This document shows positions 37,470 through 50,221 of a stretch of 64,000 nt of DNA, in pieces; the stretch's first letter is position 1; every line of letters starts with the position of its first letter. The stretch comes from Lama guanicoe (lineage: Eukaryota): positions 12,306,715 to 12,370,714 of the forward strand of contig MU057036.1 of assembly GCA_013239625.1 (NCBI GenBank). The letters are read 5' to 3'. The notes under the pieces were generated by a model that was given only the letters and a program-made list of their open reading frames with translations, was not told the origin of the DNA and made no database searches. A program made the position numbers and the translations under genes.

Positions 37470-38100
37470 TCTATATATTTACATACAGGTTCCCACCAAC
37501 TCACAAAAATAGGTAATTCTCTACAAAAGGATCATACAGGACAATTATTTTGCAATGTATATTTTTTTTACAGTATACGGAAATGTTAATATACTCTTTC
37601 AAATTGTATTTTTAATAGTATGTTGTGACTGTCTTCCCATATCATTAACTATCCTTCTACACGTTATTTGTACTGATTATAGTATTTCATGATAATTTGT
37701 GTAAGCATTTCTCTATTACTGGCTATTTAAACTGCTTTTTTTTTCTATTATCCCTGGAGCTAATTCTTTGCACTCTGCCAGCATTAGAGCATAAAGCATT
37801 TCTTTCTTTCTTTCTTTTCTTTATTTTTTAAAAACATTTTGTTATTGAAGTATAGTTGATGTACAATGTTGTGTTAGTTTCTAGTGTACAGCCAAGTGAT
37901 TCGGTTATACATGTATATATCCTTTTTCATATTCTCATTCATTATAGATTAGTACAAGATATTGAATGTAGTTCCTGGTGCTATACAGTAAGATCTTGTT
38001 TATTCATTTTACATAAGATAAAGTCTTAGAAATGAAGTCTCTGGTTTTAAAAATGTGCAAAACAGAATGGTTTTTGACACATAATATCTAATTGCCAGAT
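37470..38100 (-). mobile_element. Old L1ME-type fragment with a nested younger L1 3' end (~37800-38015)
   Basis: ttattgaagtatagttgatgtacaatgttgtgttagtttctagtgtacagccaagtgattc...gctatacagtaag, preceded by a T-rich tail. Confidence 0.75.
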
Positions 38101-39605
38101 AATTCTAAGAAAGAAATGGTCACCTAGACACAATAATAGCGCCCTCCAACGGGAGCACGCGGTGAGCTGGGAACTCCTTGGCAGCCAGTCTGCATGCAGA
38201 GCTGCCACCCAAGCATGAAGGGCCTGCGGCTGAAGAAGAAACCAAGAATCAGCAAAGATGCTGCATGTGAGCTGTGGAACAGCACTCGCCCATCAATGCA
38301 AGGCTATGCCACTTGGAAAAAAAGGAATAAATAGAGACTTATCAGATTCCGAGGAACTCTGTTTTGTAAACACCTATAAACATAGGGTTCCCACATCAGC
38401 AAAAAATCCTCTAATTTGACACAAGGTATCCATTCACCAGCTATCAGCTGAAGGTTGTATGTGGAAAATGTTTGCTAAAGGCTTAATTTGTTTTCATGGT
38501 TTTTGCATTCACGGGGTACAAAGTTCTCTTTTTCATCTCTATGGAAGATGCATAAGGTTAGGGAAATTTTGCCATATAGGGGCAAAAGCAGGGAGAACAG
38601 AATATCTGAACAACTTTTTCTGCAATTATCAGAGTAAGGGTAGCACCCTGTGAAATACTTTCTAAATGTGTAAATTTAAACTTGCTGGCCATACTACTTT
38701 GAGTTTACAATGTCAAAGACATGTACTGTATTCAGCAACCACACTACACGTCTTCTCCCTCCCAGGAGGACGTACTAGAATATCACAGCACTGTGTCGTT
38801 TTTAAAAACCATAGTCATGTCCCCTTAATATCAAAGACAGAGAGTAAGAAGCAGTCAAGTCTTCTGGGTTGGTTAGCACTGAGGGAAGATGGAAGGCATG
38901 GCCAGCACGAGCTAAAGTTCGAGACGCCCTGCCTCAGAGCAAACGACGTGTACCAGGTCCCTGCGGTAGAAGCCTCATCTGGTGAAACTGAAGGATGTGT
39001 TACAAGGTCCAGCCAACTTGCCCTTGCTCTCAAGCCACATCCTCGGGCCATGGCTGGTCTCCCACTTTGGCTTCTCCCCGAGATTAAATAACCGTAGCAG
39101 AAGCACAACCTCCACAAGAGAGGGGCTTCTCAGGCTGGGCCCTTGACCTTCTCCCAGCATGAAGATACAGGTGCCATGAAGACGCCGATGCTTTGATTCC
39201 AGGCTAAATCTGTGCATCATAGGTCCCAGGGGTGGCATCATCTCGGATTCTGAATTTCAGGCTACTTCTCTCTGATAATGTATGCCTTCCTCTATTAGTT
39301 AGAGCTATATGAGTCCATGCAAAATAAATCAATGCTGGCTAATGGAGACCAGAATAAATGAAAAAAAAAACCAAACAAAAAACAACAAAGTGTAGCTCAG
39401 GGGATCCAGAAGAAAGGTACTAAAGGTAGTCTCTTCTGGGCCTGGNNNNNNNNNNNNNNNNNNNNNNNNNNNNNNNNNNNNNNNNNNNNNNNNNNNNNNN
39501 NNNNNNNNNNNNNNNNNNNNNNNNNNNNNNNNNNNNNNNNNNNNNNNNNNNNNNNNNNNNNNNNNNNNNNNNNNNNNNNNNNNNNNNNNNNNNNNNNNNN
39601 NNNNN

Positions 39606-40005
39606 TGAAGTAAGCCAGAAATTGAAAGAAAAATACTATATATCACTCATATGTGGAATCAAAAAAAGCAAAAAGAAGACACTAATGAACTTATGTACAA
39701 AACAGAAATAGACTCACCGACATAGAAAACAAACTTATGGTTACCGTGGGGGAAAGGAGGTGGGAAGGGATAAATTGGGACTTGTAGATTTCCAAATATT
39801 AACTATTATTCATAAAATAAACAAGTTTCTTCTGTATAGCACAGAGAACTATATTCTATATCTTGTAGTAACCCATAATGAAAAAAAATATGGAAATGAA
39901 TATATGTATGTATATGAATGATTGAAACATTATGCTGTGTACCAGAAATTGACACACTGTAAACTGACTATACTTAAATAAAAAAAAAAAAGAAGAAGAA
40001 GAAGA
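39606..40005 (+). mobile_element. L1 3' end (5' part in the gap) with A/(GAA)n tail
   Basis: tgaagtaagccaga...atgtggaatc...accagaaattgacacactgtaaactgactatacttaaataaaaaaaa. Confidence 0.9.
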
Positions 40006-41779
40006 ACCAGCTCAAAGTATGTTCCGTATTTGAGTTCTTCTACTCAAAACACCCTAGGTATCTCCTCAACCCTGCTCACCCAAGGTAAAGACTCTACAAA
40101 GAGCCCAAGTCATCTTTCTTTACTGAATGATACATACTACCTGAGTGAGACATTTATTTTGTACTGTAAACAGTCTCCCCAGATAAGTAATGATGTCAAA
40201 TGGGTGTCTCATTGACAGTCTTGTGTCTTTTTAAGGAATACCTCTTAGGTTATTTCTGGGTTCTAATTTTTATCTAGCTATGGCATTTTGCAGAATCATT
40301 ATAATCTATAAAATTTAAATATAAATCTCTAAAATCACTACCAAAGCTATTGAGGTATTGCATTACTGAAACCTTTTTTCTTTCTTGTGACATGGCATTT
40401 TCTTGAATATTCTTTTAAACTCTAACCCCAGTCACAAGTTTCCTATTGAAGGCAGTGCATTAGAACCATCATGACGTGACTCCTTTGTTAAATCATACCA
40501 GCCAAGAGTACGTAAGTCTAGTCACAGACATTAGCAGAGTTTTTGAAAATACCTCTTTCCTCATTTCTTCTTCTGAGACCATTTTTTGTCCTGTAAAGAT
40601 ACACATCCCAATTTTCCAGCAATTTCTTCTTCTTCCCCACTGTGTCCAGGATCTGAGTAGAACACCCAAATAAAAAAGATGCTGGCCTTCTGTCCGGCCA
40701 CATTCTATGAGGTGGGAAATAAAAAACCAACCCTGGCGATTCGGCTGAACCACATAAATGAGAAACAGATTTATGCAATGTGTGTTTGCTCCAAGCCACA
40801 GAAGGCCAATACCATCCTCTGGCATATTTTGAAGGCTAAAGGGTAATTGGATCCTTTCTACACTAGACAGATAGTAAAAAAACCCAGCAGGGTTTGTCTG
40901 GGAGAGACAGTGCAGGCTCACATCTCACTCATGGGAGTGCCGTGACAGGACAAAGGGGCATGTTTAGATGGTGCTGCACAGCCCCACAGGATTAGCCATG
41001 CACACAAGGCCCCTCAGTCATCTGAAGCCCAGTGATCTGCAGTGACTTTCAGGAGTGCCGTCACCACTGTCTTCCCTCCTGTCCTGGAGATTTATAAAGC
41101 CTCCTGTCTTGGTCCCTGGCCAGTCCAGCTGAGCCTCAGCCTTGGCTTCCTTCTGTTCATGATTCCCTAATTAGACACTTCAAGGCCTGTCCTAATTAAG
41201 AATCTTTTGGTTACAAGTGTCCCATACCCACTTCAAAATAGCTTCTCCTAAGACAAGAGAATTTATTGCAAGGATGCTGTGCTACCTCCCAGACTCCAGG
41301 CGTCAGAAAGGGTGGGAACCTGGGCAGTTCAGCAGAGCTCAGGAAATTCTGGTTGGTATTCACCTGAGAACTCCATCATCAACGGAGCTTCGCTTCTAAC
41401 TCCCAGACCTCTGTGTTGTTCTATAAAATATTCTCCAGCAGGGGAATCAGATGGGCTCAAGTTCTCATCAGCCATGGTCAAAATTAACGGTCCTATAAGA
41501 AACTACTGTCTACTGTGAGCTCATCTCTGAAGGGGAGGGAGGCATTCCAAGAAAGCAGTGAATTCTGGACAAAGAGTATTTTTTATAAGACTCCAGCTGG
41601 ATGCTGGAACTGAGTTGAGATGATATGGCCTATGTCTCGTTCATGTCTCCAGGTCCCCAGGCTAGGCTTAGAGACATTCTGGGAACTGTCCATCCAGCCT
41701 GAAGACATTACAAACTTTTACTTGTCTTCTATCATCAGTACCTTCATCCTCTCCATGGACAGGCTGACGATGGCCACGC

Positions 41780-42740
41780 CTCTATCTCCAGTCCAGATTC
41801 CTCTTCCAAATGCCAAATTCAATCATCCTTCTTCCTATCTGACTTCCCCACGAAGGTCTTCCAGAGAAATCTCAAATTCAGCACACCCAAATGAAACTCT
41901 CACTCTTCCGTCACAAACCTCATTTGCCTCTAGAGTTTCCTATCTCTGTAAACAGGACCACAATTTACCCAGTCATGCAAGCTGCAAAGTTTGGAAACAC
42001 CCTTTCACCTGCCTCTCTCATCCCCCTTATCCAATTAAACACAAGACCATTCCATGTGAAGTTCCAAAGTTGTTGAATCAGTTCAACTAATTCTGTAACA
42101 GCCACCTTATTTAGTCATCTGATTTAACTTTCACTTCAGTGTCTGCTAAGGCCTTCTTACTGTTCTCCTTGTCAGCTGTGTTATGTCTCTAGAATCTGTT
42201 CTCTAGCCTGGGGACAATATGGCGCACTTGACTGCACAGCTGTAAGTGGCTTTGCCAATTGTCCATAGGACAGAACCCCAAACCCTGCCTGACATAGTTT
42301 ATGATCCCACCAACCACAGTCTTTGTTCATATCTCCTGCTACCACCCTCACCTCTCACCCTCTATTCCCCAGTCATAAGGAGTCAAGTTCACTCCTCTAA
42401 ACAGTACACACCTGCCTCAGGGCACAGAGAGGCTATTTAAAGCCTCTCTACCTACTCTTGTGTGCAACTAGGAAACAATGTCCTTATCTTAGTATCTGAG
42501 TGGTCCCTGCCCCTGCAGACCAAGCTAACTGACTTTTCACTATGTGATCTGGTATAGCAGGAGGGGCTGTAACTCCGAATATCAACCTGGGCCTTGGGGA
42601 CAGACTGCTTGGGTTCAAATCCTGGCTCTACCACATGCTAGGGGAATGGTGTTTACTATGTAAAATCACGGTGAGGATTAATACATCACCCAAGACAATG
42701 CCTGATACTTGGTTGGCAGTCAGTAACTTTTCATTAACAT
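41780..42740 (+). mobile_element. L2 (41780-42540) followed by MIR (42550-42740)
   Basis: atctcaaattcagcacacccaaatgaaactc...gtttcctatctctgtaaacaggaccac; ggacagactgcttgggttcaaatcctggctctaccac. Confidence 0.75.
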
Positions 42741-43559
42741 CCTAAATTTGTCAGAAGCAAGAATAACAGAGCCAACAGGGTAACAATGTAATAGGCATCT
42801 CATGGTATTATGAGCTGAAAAGAAATCTACTGTTTTGGGTTCAGGTGGCTCTCAGGGCCCAGAGAAGCTCACTTATACTTGCAACTACAGTAAGCCACTC
42901 AGTTTCTGTCTTCTGATCCCAAGAATACAGCCAAGGAAAGAGAAAATAGAAGAGATACTGGGATCTATAATTCCTGAATTTTATAAAATATCACTTGTTT
43001 GATATTTTATAAAATATCATCGTTTTTAAGAAATTGGAGGTCTGTCACTAAGAGTGATCCTTGAATGCTCACTGACACTTGGAACATATGATACAATTAC
43101 TCTTCCGAATTTGGCACACTGGGGAAAAGATGGAGATACCATCAGGAAAATTCTCTTGTTGGCATCATAATTGTGTTCAGATACGAGAGGTAAGAGGGGG
43201 CTACACAGTCACATAGAGGGGATCTTTTGTTTCACTAGCAGAGTTTACTCATTTGTCGATTTCTTCCATGGGGACATTATGTTGTAAAAACAGGGGAGAA
43301 AAAAACTACCAGAGTTTTTGGTGGTTAATCAGAGCTGGCATAACAGATTAGAAACTAGAGGAGCCCAACCGCAAATCTGTTCTCTCTCACAGGACACTTG
43401 CTGAGTTCTAGAACGGCACAGTAGTCTGGGGAGTTAAGTTGGAAAAACAGAACAAAATCCTACCGGAGGGAAGGGGCTTGCAACAAACCATGATGAATCT
43501 CTTCCTCAAGACACCTCCATTGAAGCTACAGGGATGGGAAGCTTCAAAGTTAAGGTCAA

Positions 43560-44330
43560 TGCCCTGCACAAAAGAAAAAAAAAATTATTAGGCGTGCAAA
43601 GAGGCAGGAAAATGTGGCAAATAATCAACATTTAAAAAAATAAGAGCTGATGGTTGTACAACAATGTGAATGCACCTAATTATGCCATTCAAATGTAAAT
43701 TTAAAAGTTGTTAAAACGGTAAATTGTATGTTATGCATATTTTATCATAATAAAAATAGGTAATGTCTAGATACTACAGTCAGCAGACAAGGACATTAGA
43801 ATAACTATGATTAGTACATTCAAGAAATCAGAGTAAAAAGTACACAGGACACATGAAAATAAGCAGAATTTTAACTGTGAACTGGGATCTATAAAATAAT
43901 TAAATGTGCATTCTGAATTAAAAATGCAAAATCACCATCAAAGAACTCATGATACAGGACTACATATAGGACTAAAGTTAACAACAGATTAAACATAGCA
44001 GATGAAGGATTATCCAAGGTCATTAGATAGAATCCAAACTGAAGCATGGTACGAATAAAGGGAATGAGGAAAAACTCACATGTGTGAGTAATAGTTTAAA
44101 AGTCTAATGTATGCATAATCAAAACCCTAGAGGGAACAGAGAAACAATATTTGAAAGATAATGGTCAGGATTTTCTGAAACTACTAAAAATATCAACTCA
44201 CACATTTAAGAAGCTCGGATCCCTAAGAAAATCACACAGACAAATATCATAATCAAATTCTTGAAAATCTAAGACAAAGAGAAAACTTTTCAAGGAGCCA
44301 AAGGACAAAAACACACATTACCCTCAATAA
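43560..44330 (+). mobile_element. Ancient L1 ORF1-like (or HAL1) fragment with a nested L1 3' tail at ~43645-43760
   Basis: A-rich ORF1-like motifs gcagacaaggacattagaataactatg, aacagattaaacatagcagatgaaggatt, acaatatttgaaagataatggtcaggattttc. Confidence 0.65.
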
Positions 44331-44344
44331 AGAAACGTCAAGCT

Positions 44345-44905
44345 GAGAAAAAATGGTCTTTTCAATAAAGGGTGCTGAATCAGCTGGATAATCACAGCGC
44401 TATAGAAGATCTACTTTTCCATGCAAAATCAGCCTGAGTCAACCTCTCAGACTTCAGGTTAAAGGGGAAAATTCCAGATAAAAAGAGTTCATACTATGTC
44501 ATTTAATTTCTATGAAGTGCAGGACCGGACAGAACTAATCAACAGTGTTAGAAATTGGGGGGAGGGTATAGCTCAGCGGTAGAGCGCATGCCTAGCACGC
44601 ACGAGGTCCTGGGTGGCATCCCCAGTACCTCCATCTAAACAAACAAACAAAGAAATAAAATTTTTAAAAAAAGTGTTGGAAATCAGAATAGTGGTTACCT
44701 CAACGCAGGATAGGTATTGACTGGAATGAGCAAGAAAGAAACAGTGGGAGTGTTGAAAAGTTTCCATGTATTGAATTGAGTGGTGGTCATACACATGCAC
44801 ACACACACGCACACACACACGTGTGTATGAATGTGTGTGTGCGTGCATAACTGCTCCGTCAAACTGCACACTTCAAATATATGTTACATTTCAAAAAAAA
44901 ATAAA
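44345..44905 (+). mobile_element. Old L1ME-type 3' fragment that hosts the SINE
   Basis: aaaatggtcttttcaataaagggtgctg; aactaatcaacagtgttagaaat...cagaatagtggttacct. Confidence 0.7.
44557..44671 (+). mobile_element. tRNA-derived camelid SINE (vic-1-like)
   Basis: ggggagggtatagctcagcggtagagcgcatgcctagcacgcacgaggtcctgggtggcatccccagtacctcca, with A box, mutated B box and A-rich tail; TSD agtgttagaaat 44544-44555 / agtgttggaaat 44672-44683. Confidence 0.85.
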
Positions 44906-44912
44906 TGTAAGA

Positions 44913-44976
44913 GGGTCACTGTTCTGTACATCAGAAACGAACACAACCTTGTAAATCAACTATACTTCAATTTTTT
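44913..44976 (+). mobile_element. Extremely truncated L1 3' tail
   Basis: tcactgttctgtacatcagaaacgaacacaaccttgtaaatcaactatacttcaa; TSD taaatgtaaga at 44902-44912 and 44977-44987. Confidence 0.75.
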
Positions 44977-45179
44977 TAAATGTAAGAAATTACTGTGTAT
45001 TTATCCTTTATCTTTTGCTGATAAGCTACCCCCAGTATTTCTTCATGTAGAGAACCAGGGCCAACTGCATATTTACAAAGGTAACGGGCAGAGTGAACTA
45101 ACCTCCTAGACACTGCAAAGTGCAAACGTGCACATCGTGTGTCCTTAGAATTTCAAACAGTTGTGCAAACTACTACAGT

Positions 45180-45515
45180 GCTGTCTCTCAATTCCAGACC
45201 ATTACTCCTGCTGCCTTCTCTGCCTGGAATGTGCCCTCTTCTCCCTTGACCTGGTTACTCACTCTCCAGGTCTCATTGCTCTCTCTGGAAAGCCCTTCCA
45301 GAACACTGTACACGAGTTAAGAGCCTCTCACGTGCTCCCAGAGTGCCCTTTGCCCACTATTACACAGCCCTGGACACTCCATAGTGTCCAGAACTGCCTT
45401 CTTTCATGTTTGTTCCCCAGGTAAGCTGTAAGTTCCTGCAGGGAAACTAGAGCTCCGGAAGGTTGTATCCCCAGCACTTGGCAGGAGTTCACTAATCATT
45501 TGCTGCATCATTAAA
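45180..45515 (+). mobile_element. L2 3' end
   Basis: gctgccttctctgcctggaatgtgccc...ctgtaagttcctgcaggg...tgtatccccagcacttggc. Confidence 0.7.
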
Positions 45516-45839
45516 GGGACGCAGAACAAAATAGACCTGTTTAATCCTTAGCTGAAAGACGACACACGATTCCTGATTCCACTAGGATAATACAATGGGC
45601 TTAGAGGCAGCCTGGAGCCGTTGTTCACTGCCTACTCACCGCGTAGTGAGAGTTTCCAACTTCTTCAGTGTCATTTAGCACGCCTCCAAAACACAGCACA
45701 TTATGTTAAAATTGTAAAGAAAGGAAACCAGGACCTGGGTGAAATCTCATAGCTAAAGGATCTTGAACAGTCTCCTAACTGTCTGAACTGGATTTGCAAA
45801 CCCAAATGCATAAAGGAGCTAGACAGAGAATATCAGTGA

Positions 45840-46250
45840 ATGTGGTTGATTGTATTATTGTTCTCAGTTATCACTGCCCCTCCTCTAAGTGTTTTATACA
45901 TCCTCACCATTGCCATACGACTTGCAGGATTTTCCTTTGGAGGAGGTAACTTCCTTGTCCCATTGATGGCAGCTTGGCCTGTGATTTGCTGTGGCCAACA
46001 GAACATGAGCAAAAGCGGCATATGCGGTGTCTGAGCATTAAAAGCCATTGTCCCATCCGGCCATTCTTCCTTTCCCTCGGCAACAAGGACAGCATATTCC
46101 ATACAGGGGCTGCTCCTTCAGTCTGGTTCCTGAGACCTGTAGCCATCGCAGACAAAAAGGACTGCGAGCAGGAAATGAACCAATGCTGCTGCAAGACAAT
46201 GCGGTTCTGAGGTTTTGGCAGAGGATAACGTAGTCTAAGCTGTCTGCAGC
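45840..46250 (+). mobile_element. MaLR solo LTR, MLT1I-like
   Basis: tgtggttgattgtattattgttctc...cttggcctgtgatttgctgtggccaacagaac...ggggctgctccttcagtctggttcctg. Confidence 0.75.
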
Positions 46251-46299
46251 AACCGCAGCAAGCATCAGGTGTAGGACTTTAATGAGAAAGCTTAACTGT

Positions 46300-46500
46300 C
46301 CCACAGGACGGCCAATCCCCAGCTCCAGTGGACCATCACCATGCAGAAATGCAAGCTCACTCTTGACAGATCTTCCTCTGGTTTAAGAAGGGCCGGATTT
46401 TTTAATCAAATCTCCTCCTGATGTTTAATTAAAATATATTTCCTTTTAAATATTGGCAACTAAATCAATACATTTAAAAAAGACCTGGGGCCTAATCAAA
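46300..46500. mobile_element. hAT-type MITE fragment (MER102-like)
   Basis: tgacagatcttcc...tttaagaagggccggatttttt...aaatctcc...ttttaaatattggcaactaaat. Confidence 0.45.
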
Positions 46501-47277
46501 TCAAGGAATATATTTGCCATTTCTCATCCACCCTTAGTTTTCTAACCTATCAGAGAAAAATGATAATATCATTCTGCCTCCCTAATAGGGTTATTTTGAG
46601 AGTCAGATTTGTCTAAATTTATGTTTATTTTGTTTTAATTTTGAAATGATAAGATAACAAAAGAAGGTCAAGTTAAGAAGTTAAACCACCCTGGCAAAGT
46701 AGACTGGCGATTCCAAGGTGACAAGATACCAAAGGAGCCAACAGTGCAAGTATCATATCTCAACTTTCCTGAGCCTCCATACAAAACGTGAAAAGCAGAC
46801 TTCTCCCTAGACTGACCAGACTAGCCTGCAACCATCTTCAGGAATAAGGTGATCCTAAACTAGATGGAGCATAAATAATTGACAAAAAGTAACAGTTCTG
46901 TCATGAAACAAGTCTGAGCGAGGCCGATAGATCAAGTTGACTTTCCTAGTTCGCAACATTTAATTCATTCTCCTTGACCAATGATGTCCTTCTTCTTGAC
47001 AAATGACAATAAGAAAAAACTGCCTAAGAACATCCAGTACCAAGAATGGGATAAGGTTTTTATGTTTGAAGGCATAAAATCAAAATTCTCAAAAGATAGA
47101 TTTGTCTGACACATTTGCATGATATATCTCACAGGTAGGATTTTATGGCAATCCTGAACGTGTATCTCAGTAAGAATATAAAGACTGGAGAAGTGCCTGA
47201 AAGGGAAAAGCATAATCCAATGTCTTACATTTTCATTTCATTTTCAGGTTTCACATTTTTCCTTCCATTATGCAGAT

Positions 47278-47296
47278 CCACCACTAGAGGGCACCA
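47278..47296 (+). promoter_or_regulatory. CTCF core motif (candidate)
   Basis: CCACTAGAGGGCAC at 47281-47294 matches CCRSYAGRKGGCRS fully and lies in unique sequence. Confidence 0.55.
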
Positions 47297-47949
47297 TACA
47301 GTTCTGCTTCCACACACCCTGTGTGTAATGCTGGGTCTGACCTCCAGTTTCTATGCTCAGAGCCTTACAGATTTTGTCTGTCTAATCAGACCAGGTAGTG
47401 TCAACCTGAAGGGAGCTGCAAACCCATCCTTGATCCCAGGTCAGTTGCCACTCCCCACGTATTAGGACCTACCTAGTCCTTCCAGGTGACCAAGAGCAAA
47501 GCCTCTCTTCCTTTCCTGCGGCCTCATTTTCACTTAGGGGTCATCCAGGGTACTCTGCCAGATGCTGGAACTAGAACAAGGGACACAGGACCTACAGATT
47601 CAAGAAAAGGGACCATGCAGGATAACAAATGAACCAGTGTGTGTAAATACTGCAGGAGCTTCAAGGATGATGAATGAAGAGATTGTCCAGGAAAGCACGA
47701 GGTGTCATGAAGAAAAGTGTTCTCAGAGGTTGATCAATTCATGCTAAAGAGCATATGAAGCTGGATTTTAGGCTGAGTTTCCTTTTCTCCTTCCTGTGTT
47801 AGCAAGGACTTCCATACAGGGGGTAACCTGAAGCTAAGATATGATACAGGAGATTACCTATCTATCTATACCTAAAAAGTGGCTTCTGCTCCCCAAGACT
47901 GCCTGAGAGAGGTTACTTTCCTCTGCACTGCAATATTCACTTGGTACTT

Positions 47950-48450
47950 ATTGATCTGACAAATATTTACTGTCAACCGTGCCCCAAGCACTCAGTGGCA
48001 AATGAGATAGCCACAGGCAGGGCAGGCCTGCTTAGCGCTTATAGTCCAGTGGGGACACAAAAATGGCTGCAATGCAATATGCTAAGTCCTATGACAAGGG
48101 AGGAACAGTGTACACTGTGAGAGCAGAGCAGGGACCTCTGATGTAGATGGAGGAAGTCAGGGAAGGCTTCCTGGAGGAAGTACTATTAAACTGAGATCCT
48201 AAGCAGAATAGAAGCAGGCCACGTACTTCACACAAGTGTGTCCCAGGCAGTGGTAACACAGCACAGAGGAAAAGATTCAAACAGGAGTTCATTTTTGTAT
48301 ATACAATTTTGGAGCTTGCTGTTTTCCACTTACCTATTTTCTCCTGAGTCTCCATATCAACTCTTTTTGAAAACATGATTTTAATAGCTGCCTAAAAGTC
48401 CATTGTGAGGATAATGCCTAATTTATTTACCCATTTTCAAAGGGAAATTG
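47950..48450 (-). mobile_element. L2 3' end followed by an old L1 fragment
   Basis: gacaaatatttactgtc...gaagtcagggaaggcttcctggaggaagt; tgattttaatagctgcctaaaagtccattgtg. Confidence 0.7.
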
Positions 48451-49618
48451 CATTTTTAAGGCTCATGCTAGTTGCTGTCCAGTTAAAATATAAAATCATG
48501 TGGAATATTCTTTATTGCTCATATTAATATCCCAAAGGTCTCCTTTATTTGGCTATCTGTTGAGAAAAATGAGTGCAGCCCAAGCTGATATCCCCCTGCA
48601 GCAAATACTGAATTTAAGCAAGCTATTGGTTTACTAAATATAGGTTACATTTGACTATCTGTAAATTTTGCTACAGTTACCTTGCATGCATTGGCAGGAC
48701 CTTCAGAGGAGCTCCCCAATTCTGAGGCTTGAAGATCTTGCACTGTCTCTCAAAATGCCCCTCTGTGACCCCTCAGTCTCCTCCAAGTCTGCATCTCAGC
48801 TCCCCATCCAGCCTTCCATCTCAGGCTCCCCTTCTCTGAGATGTTAACCAACATTTATCTCCATCTTTTCCCCAGTAAATTTTTTTTCCTCTGTGACTCA
48901 ATTTCCTAAAGCTGCAAAGATCATTTTCAGAAACAGTTCTTTTTAAAACCATATTTGGGTAAAAATGTAAATATAACATATTTCACAAATAAGCTAACGT
49001 CGCAAATTGATTTTCTGGGCCAAGCAGGGAAGACTTTCAAAAACAAGTCTTAGAGAAAGTAAGAAGTTTTAGGTGGAGTAGCCAAACACCATTTGAGCTG
49101 CTTGAGGTAGAATTCAATTGTTTTTGCTCTGCCTCCCTTTCAAACTGATCTTCCTCAGATGCCCATACCTCTCATCTTGACCTGCTTTGCAACAAGGTTT
49201 TGGGTTTGTCTGTCTGTCTGGTGTTTTGAGTGTTCACCTGTATTGCCTTGGCGTTCATTCCCACTTATGTAGTGAGGTGTGTTTCGAGAGAAACCACTCT
49301 AGCTGTGTGGGCACTAGCTGTTCAGTTCAAACTCTGTTTTGGATTAAATATTTCTTGCGTCTCATGAATTCTTACATCGCTGCATGACTTGCCATGAGGT
49401 GGAGAGTGTCTTCAGCCCTTAGAGCCCTCCGATGGTAATTACAGTTTTCACATACATTTATTTCTTACGGAGGAAGTCACGTTCACTCTGGCCCACAAGG
49501 ATCTCCACGTGAAAAACGAGAAGGTTCCTAGCTCCGCAATTGCGCCCTCAGCCTGGCCCTCATCCCAGGCCTTCGGTCTGTCTCTTGGCTGTCCAGCCGG
49601 GCAGCTCCTGGCTGCTGC

Positions 49619-50199
49619 TGGGAGAGGTGATCAGACAGGCTGACTGGCCCTGGCTGGTTATCAACAAGGGAAAGAAGATGCCAGGCTGCTGAAAAACAGG
49701 ACACTTCCTCTCATCCGGCAGCTGGCTCCTTGGTTCCCAGGACACAGCCATACAATAAGACGTTTTATCTTCCACAACGGCTGCATAATCCCAAGGACAT
49801 ACCCCAGTATCCCTTTCTTTCTTCTCTCTTTTCCTGCCAAAGTTTCTGTCTTAGGGCTGCGCTCCGTGGGAGGACGAGCCCATAGCAGAAGATGGCTGGC
49901 AGCATCAGAAGGGAGATCATGGTGTCAGAGCCTTCCAGTAAAAGAACCAACTGGGAGCTGGAGCTGTCTCAACCCGCTCCCTGGCTGACGGCTCCCTACT
50001 CGAGTGTTTTTGTTGTTTTGTTTTGTTGCTGTTTTCTCATCTCTTTCTGAGCAATAAAGCAGTTTTGTGTGTTTCTCTGTCTGTGTGTGTGTTTTCACTT
50101 TGTCCCTCTGCCCCTACTGAGAATTCCTTCTCAATCAGCAGGCAAGGACCCAGCTGTCTGGTGGGCTTTCCAATCTGAGGGTCCCTCTTTCTGCTAACA
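49619..50199 (+). mobile_element. ERV solo LTR, probably ERV1 class (5' boundary tentative)
   Basis: AATAAA at ~50053, then U5-like gaattccttctc...gcaaggaccc...gtccctctttctgctaaCA; tentative TG start at 49619 with 4-bp TSD ctgc/ctac. Confidence 0.65.
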
Positions 50200-50221
50200 C
50201 TACTGCCTCACTATGCCCACT

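Noticed and set aside
38666-39091. 141-aa ORF
   Set aside because: No recognisable domain, and overlapping opposite-strand ORFs of similar quality; consistent with chance
41620-42090. 156-aa ORF
   Set aside because: Lies mostly within an L2 fossil
44557-44635. Possible tRNA gene
   Set aside because: Mutated T-loop/B box, A-rich tail and TSD indicate a SINE
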